Below the pieces are notes generated by a model, which worked only from the letters and a program-made list of their open reading frames with translations, ran no database searches and was not told where the DNA came from. Source: an uncultured bacterium (GTDB lineage Bacteria; Verrucomicrobiota; Kiritimatiellia; PWTM01). From it: a stretch of 64,000 nucleotides of DNA. Below, piece after piece: positions 57,152 through 64,000 of this stretch; the first letter of the stretch is position 1; the number at the start of each line of letters is the position of its first letter. Position numbers and translations under genes: made by a program. The DNA lies in assembly GCA_938010045.1 (NCBI GenBank), contig CALLFZ010000004.1:28107-92106 (forward strand), given 5' to 3'.

Positions 57152-57525
57152 TCCACGTTCGGTCTGTCCGGCGGCCACTCGAACCGGTCTCCCATGATCC
57201 GGAGCTTCGCAAACGCGTGCTGGTACGCGCGGGCGAGGCGCCCGGGATGCTTCAGCTCGCGCACGTCCGATTGCCGCCCGGGTGCGGCACCTCGCCGCAC
57301 GCGCATTCGGACATGACGGAGGTCTTCATCGTCGTCGTCGGTCGCGGATCGGCGACGGTGGGACGACGGCGTGTGCGGCTGGAGCGCTTCGACTGTCTGG
57401 TGGTCGAGCCGGGCGAACGGCACCGATTGCGCGCCGCGGCCGACTCGGCGCTTGAGCTGCTGTACTTCGGCCTCCACCGCGAGATGCCCTCCAGGAGCCC
57501 CCCGCGGCAGCGCCATACGCCGTAG
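57148..57525 (+). CDS. cupin-domain small protein
   Basis: GTGA overlap with the previous stop. Cupin motif G(x)5HxH...(E) is partially present (PHAHSDMTEVFIVVVGRG). Confidence 0.5.
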   Translation: MIHVRSVRRPLEPVSHDPELRKRVLVRAGEAPGMLQLAHVRLPPGCGTSPHAHSDMTEVFIVVVGRGSATVGRRRVRLERFDCLVVEPGERHRLRAAADSALELLYFGLHREMPSRSPPRQRHTP

Positions 57526-57601
57526 TTCGGGCCGTCCCGGGTAGAGACGGCCTGGGCCATCTAAAAAATTTGAGTTTTCGAGTGAGAGGGGCTGGCTCCA
57601 C

Positions 57602-57880
57602 ATGGGGACGGGTACTAGATAAGGCACCAGACAAGAAATCATAGTAGATGGCAACGCGATTCTTGCGCCACCTGCACACATGTCGATCCCCAATCGCGGA
57701 CGAGGGCAGCGGACTGGGGACAGCCACCTCGCAACCCGTCCCCAGCAGCCCGACGACGTGCCTGTCCCCAGCAGCCGCCCCAGGTGCCTGTCCCCAACGG
57801 CCTCTCCAACAGCCGGCCCGAGTACCTGTCCCTAGGGGCCCCCTCGGGCGCGCCGGGTGCCTGTCCCCCGGGAGGCACCC
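57602..57880. repeat. repeat locus C: about 6 copies or degenerate copies of GGTGCCTGTCCCCA; the last copy forms a palindrome with GGGAGGCACC
   Basis: Copies at about 57714 (rc, degenerate), 57759, 57784, 57830 (degenerate) and 57857, plus the palindrome GGTGCCTGTCCCCCGGGAGGCACC at 57857-57880. Confidence 0.8.
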
Positions 57881-58015
57881 GGCGAATGGCGCGGGATCCT
57901 TGGGCAAACAATATGTTCCTCCCTTCGCCGGCGCCTCGATGTCCGGTTGATTCCCCGCGGCGATCGGCTCGGCGCCGCTTTGAGTGAGCAGCGCGCCGCG
58001 GTATAGTGGGAGGCC

Positions 58016-58606
58016 ATGAGCGATCGTCGCGCCCACGTCACACGGCACACCCGCGAGACACAGATCGAGGCGATGTTGAACCTCGATGGCGAGGGCCGCG
58101 CGGAGGTGGATCTTCCGCTGCCATTTTTGCAGCACATGCTCGAGCTCTTGGCCCGTCATTCGCTCTTCGACCTCCGTCTGCATGCGCGCGGCGACCTCGA
58201 CGTGGACCACCACCACACCGTGGAGGATATTGGCCTGGTGCTCGGCGAGGCGCTGGATACGGCTCTGGGCGACCGGGTCGGAATTGTCCGCTATGGACAC
58301 AGCCTGCTGCCGATGGACGAGTCGCTCAGCCTCGTCGCGGTGGATTTGGGTGGGCGGCCCTTTCTCGTCTTCGAGATGGCGACACGCCGGCGCAAAATCC
58401 TCGATTTTGACCTGGGCCTGATCGAGGAGATGCTGCGGGCGTTCGCCACGCAGGGACGGATGAATCTGCACGTCGCGCACCTGTACGGGCGAGAGCCGCA
58501 CCACGCGTATGAATCGGTGTTCAAGGGGCTCGCCCGGGCCCTCCGAATGGCCTGCGCGCGGGATCCACGCGAGCGCGGCATACCTTCGAGCAAGGGACGC
58601 ATCTGA
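58016..58606 (+). CDS. hisB: imidazoleglycerol-phosphate dehydratase
   Basis: ..RETQIEAMLNLDG...DLDVDHHHTVEDIGLVLGEAL...HLYGREPHHAYESVFKGLARAL.. are the IGPD motifs. Confidence 0.93.
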   Translation: MSDRRAHVTRHTRETQIEAMLNLDGEGRAEVDLPLPFLQHMLELLARHSLFDLRLHARGDLDVDHHHTVEDIGLVLGEALDTALGDRVGIVRYGHSLLPMDESLSLVAVDLGGRPFLVFEMATRRRKILDFDLGLIEEMLRAFATQGRMNLHVAHLYGREPHHAYESVFKGLARALRMACARDPRERGIPSSKGRI

Positions 58607-58614
58607 TCCGCTCC

Positions 58615-59250
58615 ATGATCGGCGTGATTGACTATGACATGGGCAACCTGGGCAGCGTGCTGAACGCGTTCCGCGCGCTGGGACTACCGGCACGCATGCT
58701 CGACAGCCCGGCGGAGGCGTCGGACTGCCGCCTACTCGTGCTGCCGGGTGTCGGCGCGTTCGGCGACGGCATCCGCCATCTGCGCCGGCGGGGCTGGGAG
58801 CCGGCGCTACGTGAATGGATCGCGGCGGATCGCCCGTTTCTGGGCATCTGTCTGGGGCTGCAGCTACTCTTTGCCACGAGCGAGGAATCGCCGAGCGAAC
58901 CGGGGCTGTCGGTCCTCGAGGGGGAGGTCCGCCGCTTCCGGGTGCCGCCGCCTCTCAAGGTGCCGCACATGGGCTGGAACCGAGTGCACGCCGAGCCGCC
59001 AGGCGCCGATGTGTTCGAGGGAATTCCCGCGGGGGCGCACATGTACTTCGTGCATTCGTATCATGCGTGCCCGCAGGAGGAATCGGTGGTCGCCGCCCGC
59101 ACGGAGTACGGCGGCCACTTTTGCAGCGCCGTGCGCCGAGGCGCGTTGGTTGCGGTGCAGTTTCATCCGGAAAAGAGCCAGGCGCACGGTCTGCGGTTTC
59201 TGCGCAATGTCGCCGCGATGGCCGGACTTGAACCGGTAGAGGCGCGATGA
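58615..59250 (+). CDS. hisH: imidazole glycerol phosphate synthase glutamine amidotransferase subunit
   Basis: MIGVIDYDMGNLGSV...LPGVGAFG...GICLGLQLL..HMGWN...FVHSY..QFHPEKS gives the class I GATase triad. Confidence 0.93.
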   Translation: MIGVIDYDMGNLGSVLNAFRALGLPARMLDSPAEASDCRLLVLPGVGAFGDGIRHLRRRGWEPALREWIAADRPFLGICLGLQLLFATSEESPSEPGLSVLEGEVRRFRVPPPLKVPHMGWNRVHAEPPGADVFEGIPAGAHMYFVHSYHACPQEESVVAARTEYGGHFCSAVRRGALVAVQFHPEKSQAHGLRFLRNVAAMAGLEPVEAR

Positions 59251-59981
59251 CTCCGCTCGTGGTGCTGCCCGCGATCGATCTGCGGAACGGGTGCTGTGTC
59301 CGGCTCCGGCAGGGACGAGCGGAGGAACAAACCGCGTATGCTGATGATCCGGTTGCGGTCGCGCGCCGGTGGGTAGAGCTCGGCGCGCGGTGGCTACACG
59401 TCGTGGATCTCGACGGCGCCTTCAAGGGCCGGCCAGTCCATACGGAGCTCATTGGACAGATCGCACACGCCGCCGGCGTACCGGTCGAGGTGGGCGGCGG
59501 ACTCCGGACTGACGCCGACATCGAGGCGACGCTGACGGCCGGCGCGGCGAGGATCATCGTCGGCACGCGCGTACTCGAGACGCCCGGCGAGGCTCGGCGG
59601 CTCGCCGCGTGGCTGGGCGAGCGGCTCGCGGTGGGACTCGATGCGAAGGACGGCCGGGTGCGCGCGCGTGGTTGGACCGCCGACACCTCCTGGTCCTTGA
59701 TCGACGCGGCCCGCCGCCTTGAAGACGATGGCGTCCGATGGCTCATCGTCACGGACATCCGGCGCGACGGTATGCTCGATGGCGTGAATTATGGTGTGAT
59801 GGCCGAGGTGTGCGACGCCGTGCGGATTCGGGTGATCGCATCGGGGGGCGTGGCTTCGGCGGAGGATGTGCGCGCGCTGCGGTCGCTGGAGCGCCCGAAC
59901 CTGTGGGGCGTGATCGCGGGCCGCGCACTCTACGAGGGAACCACCTCCCTCCCCGACCTACTGCAGGCGGCATCGGAGTGA
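59247..59981 (+). CDS. hisA: 1-(5-phosphoribosyl)-5-[(5-phosphoribosylamino)methylideneamino]imidazole-4-carboxamide isomerase
   Basis: ATGA overlap with the hisH stop. ..VLPAIDLRNGCCVRL...HVVDLDGA...VGGGLR...ASGGV.. are the HisA motifs. Confidence 0.9.
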   Translation: MTPLVVLPAIDLRNGCCVRLRQGRAEEQTAYADDPVAVARRWVELGARWLHVVDLDGAFKGRPVHTELIGQIAHAAGVPVEVGGGLRTDADIEATLTAGAARIIVGTRVLETPGEARRLAAWLGERLAVGLDAKDGRVRARGWTADTSWSLIDAARRLEDDGVRWLIVTDIRRDGMLDGVNYGVMAEVCDAVRIRVIASGGVASAEDVRALRSLERPNLWGVIAGRALYEGTTSLPDLLQAASE

Positions 59982-60128
59982 GTGACGGCGGCCGCCTCCG
60001 TCCAAGGTTTGGACGCTGATCTGTTCCCGATTCGCCGCACCGGAGACCGCCGCATCCGACGGTGGCCCGGGGCGTGTGATGGATCCGCCTCAACGTCCGC
60101 AACGCCAGCCGAGGCCCGGCCGACGGCG

Positions 60129-61376
60129 TCAAAACACCAGCGAACACCCCATGCGGGGCAGCAGCGAATCGCGAAGCGAGGGCGCTTCGGGCAGATAGCC
60201 ACGGGTTTTCGCCAACAATCCGAGATCAATCCGCACGGTCGTGCGAGCGTCCGGCGGTGTCACACGCACGCGGAATGTCGCTTCGAGCGCGGCGCCCCAA
60301 TCGCCGCGCGCGCGTTCAAAGGATAGCCGCTCGGGTTGCTGCCAAAGGTGTGCCGCGACATCCGCGTTGACGCGGTGGGAAGTGGTCAGGTCAGCCCGGC
60401 GCAGGCCAACGGCGGGGAACCATGTGTCGCGATTCTGCATCGCACGGCCGTAGGCATGGACGCCCCAGCGGCCCGGGCGCGCAGCCCATCCGTTGATCTC
60501 GATCGCATCGCCAAACGGGGTCAGACCATGCGCGAGCGATGCGGCCAGCCTGAGATCGCCTCCATCGGCGGTCCAGCCCCCGCGGCCCCAAAGCAGCGGC
60601 GAAGCGAGATTCATCAACGACCGCCAGCCCACTCGCCGGACGAACCGCCGCTCTTCCGCCGTGAGGTCCGACCAATCCGTGTAGCGCTGGAAGGGCATCG
60701 TAGGACGATGCAGGTGGCGCGCCGCGCCGTAGACATCATGGCCGACGATGTCGCGGTCAAGCTCGTTGTCCTCCTCGTCGAGCTCCGGTCCCCATCGAGC
60801 CAGGCCATTGGCGAGGTAGGCGATGAGCGAGAGGCGGCGCAGCGCGTGATCGGTCCAGAGGAGTGCCCCGCGCTCCTCGCCCCACGCAGCGAGGGTCTCG
60901 GCGGCCAGGCAGATGCGAGCATCCGATTCGAGGCCGGCCGTGTGCAGCCGGATGAACGTCGGCAGGTCGCGGTCGCGCAGTTCACGCAACGTGTCGTCGC
61001 GCACACCGATCACACGGGCGGTGCCGTCGCTGCCGACCCACGGCTGCGAGACCGATCCGATGCCCTCCGAGTTGAGCACAGAGCGGTGGGCTTCCTCGTG
61101 CGTGAGGGGCAGAAACAACAGTGCATCCACCGCCAAATGGAGCAACCGGATGGGAATTTCGTCGTAGGCGTCGCCCAGTTCCCGCAACGCCAGGCGGTGC
61201 AGCGACAGGAAATTTTCATTGACTTGCCTCATCGTCAGTGGGAGTTCGGTGCCGTCGGCCAGGAGGAAGGAGTAGGAACGGGGTGAGTCGGCGGCCGACA
61301 CACGAAGGGCCGCAGCTAGAACCACCAGCGCGGCAAGGATCGGCTCAGCGCGTCGGCACGATACGAAGCGTTTCAT
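60129..61376 (-). CDS. secreted hypothetical protein with HExxH motif and C-terminal Phe
   Basis: Signal peptide. LTHEEAHRS contains HExxH. The C-terminus ends in ..GCSLVF, a terminal aromatic residue typical of outer-membrane beta-barrels. Confidence 0.45.
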   Translation of the reverse strand: MKRFVSCRRAEPILAALVVLAAALRVSAADSPRSYSFLLADGTELPLTMRQVNENFLSLHRLALRELGDAYDEIPIRLLHLAVDALLFLPLTHEEAHRSVLNSEGIGSVSQPWVGSDGTARVIGVRDDTLRELRDRDLPTFIRLHTAGLESDARICLAAETLAAWGEERGALLWTDHALRRLSLIAYLANGLARWGPELDEEDNELDRDIVGHDVYGAARHLHRPTMPFQRYTDWSDLTAEERRFVRRVGWRSLMNLASPLLWGRGGWTADGGDLRLAASLAHGLTPFGDAIEINGWAARPGRWGVHAYGRAMQNRDTWFPAVGLRRADLTTSHRVNADVAAHLWQQPERLSFERARGDWGAALEATFRVRVTPPDARTTVRIDLGLLAKTRGYLPEAPSLRDSLLPRMGCSLVF

Positions 61377-64000
61377 CGAGCACCACCTCCTTCCCCGCCT
61401 CGGCCGGTACGAGGAGAATCTGGTCGCGATACCGCACCCACGTGGCGCAGCCGGGCGGCCGCCTCAGTGTGGCGCGGCGGAGTCGGCCGTCCTCCCAGGC
61501 GAGATCCGCCTCGACCCTGCCGCGTGCGCGCATGCCGCACACCGAGCCGCGCGGCCATTCGGACGGCAGCGCGGGCAAAAGATGCACGATACAACCGTCA
61601 TCGGCCGAGCCGGGCGGTACGAGGCCGGCGCGGGAGGCGCGAACGTGGCTCTGGAGCAGCATCTCAGCAATGCCGGCGGTATAGCCAAAATTGCCGTCGA
61701 TCTGAAACGGCGGATGCGCGTCGAACAGATTCGGGTAAAGGCCGCCTTTCTGGCCGGTGACCGGTTCCACGAGGTTGCGGATGATGATCATGGCGTGGTC
61801 GCCGTCCTGGAAGCGCGCCCAAAGATTGATCTTCCAACCCATGGACCAACCGGTGGCCTCATCGCCACGGAAGATCAGCGACTGGCGCGCGGCGGCCCAG
61901 AGGTTGGACTCGACCCAGGTGATGTCATCCCCCGGGTAGACGCCCCACAGATGAGAGAGGTGGCGATGGCGGTTGCGGGGATCGTCCTTGTCCTCGAGCC
62001 ACTCCTGGAGCTGGCCGTGGCGGCCGATGAGGTTCGGCGCGATGCGCGGGAGGCGCGCGCGCACTTCCGAGACCAGCGCGGGGTCGATCCCACCGAGCAT
62101 CGCATCGGCCTCGATCACGGCCGCGAAGAGGCGCCGGATGATCTGGTGATCCATCGTGGGCCCCATCACGAGGCCGCCCTGCTCGGGAGAGTTGGACGGG
62201 CCGCTGATGAGCCAGCCGGTGAGCGGATCCTCGAACAGAAAGTCCACAAAGAAGAGGGCAGCTTCGCGCAGGACGGGCCATGCCCGCTGGCGGAGAAACG
62301 CGAGATCTCCGGTGTGCAGCACGTGCTCCCACATGTGCAGCGCAAGCCAGGCGCCGCCGGTCGGCCAGATGCCGTGGTTCGAGTGATTGATCGGGGCGGT
62401 GCCGCGCCAAAGGTCGAAGTTGTGATGCAACACCCAGCCGCGCGCGCCGTAGTGTTCGCGCGCGGTGACGCGTCCCGACTCGACCAACTCCGCAAGCGCG
62501 GCAAAGAGCGGCTCCTGGCACTCGGCGAGGTTCGCGGGCAGCGCAGGCCAGTAGTTCATCTCGGTATTGATGTTGCAGGTGTACTTGCTGTCCCACGGTG
62601 GGTTCAGCCGGTCATTCCAGATGCCTTGCAAGTTGGCCGGCTGCCCACCGGGACGGCTGGAGGCGATCAACAGGTAGCGCCCGTATTGGAACAGGAGCGC
62701 CAGCAGATGGGGATCGAACCGAGCGCGAAAGGCAGCGAGCCGCTCGTCGGTGGGGCGGTCGGGAGAGGGTGACGGCCCGAGGTCGAAGCTCACGCGGCGA
62801 AAGAGGGCGCGGTGGTCGGCCTGGTGTGCCGCAAGCAGGTCGCTCCAGGATCGGGCGGCAGCCGCGGCGAGGAGCTCCGATGCCCGCGCGGCAGGATCAG
62901 CGGAGATGTCGCGCCAGGTGCGGACGTTCGTCGCGGCGACAAGTCGGATCACCACCTCGTCGGCGTTTCGTACTTCAATGGCGTCGCCGCGCGCACTCAC
63001 CAATCCGCCCACCGTCTCCACCTGCGCGCGCGCTTCAAACCGGACGCCCCCGTCTTCCACCTGACCGCGCAGGACCAATCCCTCAGAGCCGAGGAACGCG
63101 ACGCTCGCGTCTCGATGCGGCGAGGAGAGGCGCAGACGGCACGTCACCCGGCCCGGGCGATCGGCCCGCAAGCGGACCACGATCGCCCGATCCGGATGCG
63201 AGGCGAACGCTTCGCGAACGAAGGTGGCGCCGTCGGCGGTGAATTCGGTGACACAGAGAGCCCCATCGAGATCCAGCCAGCGGCGGTAGTTCTCCACCAC
63301 CGCGGGCACCGGCTGTTCGATCCAGAGGTCGCCGCAGGGCTGGTACGCCTTCTGGCGAAGCGGGTCGCTCATGAACTCCCGCATCGCGAGGCCTTCGGCC
63401 TCCGCCTGCTTCGCGCGGGCAGCCTTGAGCAACGCCTCTGCGGCCGTCTTGAGCCGCGGGGCATCCGCGGCCGTAGCCCCAGCCGCCGCGACACGCTCTG
63501 CGTCCACGAGTTGGGCCAGTCCCTCGCGCTCGAGTGATCGACCCTCTTGGAGGAGGCGTCGCAGCTCGGGGAGGACCCGGACAGCGTTGGTCCGAGCATA
63601 GATGTGGGGGCGTCCAGTCCAGATGGTGTGCTCGTTGAACTGGATGCGGTCCACGGCGGGATCGCCGAACACCATGCCGGCGATGTGGCCGCTGCCGATC
63701 GGCAGCGCCTCGGTCCAATCGCGCGCAGGTCGGCGATACCAAAGGCAGAGCGGCGCGTCGGGTGGAGGCGCCTGGCCGCGCCATTCGCCGGCGAATGGCT
63801 TGGGCGGCGGCTCCGCCATGAGCCGAAGCGTGAGGGTACCGGCGACGGGGGCAATGGTCGGAGTTGGCTCGGACGGAAAGACCCAGTCGCCCAGCGCGCC
63901 CGGCGGCGTGGCGGTGGCGGGCGAAGCCGCGCGAGCGACGATTTCGTCTGGCGAAAGCGCTCGGTTGTACACCGCGGCGCGCAGGATCGCGCCGCGAAAG
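61345..64000 (-). CDS. GH95-family alpha-L-fucosidase with N-terminal LamG/ConA-like domain (5' end off-window)
   Basis: ..[30 protein letters not shown].. is the GH95 signature. The frame stays open upstream of the listed start (..[17 protein letters not shown] is the LamG C-terminal motif), so the true start lies beyond nt 64000. Confidence 0.8.
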   Translation of the reverse strand, partial: FRGAILRAAVYNRALSPDEIVARAASPATATPPGALGDWVFPSEPTPTIAPVAGTLTLRLMAEPPPKPFAGEWRGQAPPPDAPLCLWYRRPARDWTEALPIGSGHIAGMVFGDPAVDRIQFNEHTIWTGRPHIYARTNAVRVLPELRRLLQEGRSLEREGLAQLVDAERVAAAGATAADAPRLKTAAEALLKAARAKQAEAEGLAMREFMSDPLRQKAYQPCGDLWIEQPVPAVVENYRRWLDLDGALCVTEFTADGATFVREAFASHPDRAIVVRLRADRPGRVTCRLRLSSPHRDASVAFLGSEGLVLRGQVEDGGVRFEARAQVETVGGLVSARGDAIEVRNADEVVIRLVAATNVRTWRDISADPAARASELLAAAAARSWSDLLAAHQADHRALFRRVSFDLGPSPSPDRPTDERLAAFRARFDPHLLALLFQYGRYLLIASSRPGGQPANLQGIWNDRLNPPWDSKYTCNINTEMNYWPALPANLAECQEPLFAALAELVESGRVTAREHYGARGWVLHHNFDLWRGTAPINHSNHGIWPTGGAWLALHMWEHVLHTGDLAFLRQRAWPVLREAALFFVDFLFEDPLTGWLISGPSNSPEQGGLVMGPTMDHQIIRRLFAAVIEADAMLGGIDPALVSEVRARLPRIAPNLIGRHGQLQEWLEDKDDPRNRHRHLSHLWGVYPGDDITWVESNLWAAARQSLIFRGDEATGWSMGWKINLWARFQDGDHAMIIIRNLVEPVTGQKGGLYPNLFDAHPPFQIDGNFGYTAGIAEMLLQSHVRASRAGLVPPGSADDGCIVHLLPALPSEWPRGSVCGMRARGRVEADLAWEDGRLRRATLRRPPGCATWVRYRDQILLVPAEAGKEVVLDETLRIVPTR

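Noticed and set aside
36498-57880. CRISPR array interpretation of the GGTGCCTGTCCCCA repeats
   Set aside because: The repeat is only ~14 nt. It occurs in both orientations within a locus. Spacers vary from ~10 to more than 60 nt, and there is no cas gene nearby. This is not CRISPR-like.

Overview
This is a high-GC (~70%) bacterial chromosomal window. Many adjacent genes are translationally coupled through 4-nt ATGA/GTGA overlaps. The gene content resembles a PVC-group (Verrucomicrobia/Opitutae-like) genome; that is inference only, based on the SHD1 domain, sulfatase/CAZyme density, TAT-signal Gfo/Idh/MocA paralogs and the presence of HydF. Housekeeping genes in the window: panD, mutS, a TatD-like hydrolase, a UbiA-like prenyltransferase, pstSCAB (with unusually long PstC and PstA), ftsK, a RodZ-like gene, pgsA, kdsD/kpsF, lepB, lepA, rpe, ruvA, valS and hisB-hisH-hisA. 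Secreted and carbohydrate-active genes: two paralogous Gfo/Idh/MocA oxidoreductases, a sulfatase-GH43 fusion, a PL22-like oligogalacturonate lyase, an M28 peptidase, a GH95 fucosidase with a LamG domain, and a ~2,200-aa secreted M6 (InhA-like) metalloprotease carrying TSP3 calcium-binding repeats and a LamG domain. Three observations stand out. First, an orphan [FeFe]-hydrogenase maturase HydF is translationally coupled to a degenerate aspartase-like gene, with no hydE, hydG or hydA in the window. Second, a family of short repeats with core GGTGCCTGTCCCCA, in both orientations, is clustered in three intergenic loci (about 36.5, 47.2 and 57.7 kb). The first locus abuts an internally deleted IS1182-family transposase remnant. 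Third, a ~1.2-kb stretch with no intact gene may hold a frameshifted amidase_2 (AmpD-like) remnant. No rRNA, tRNA or CRISPR array was recognised by eye.
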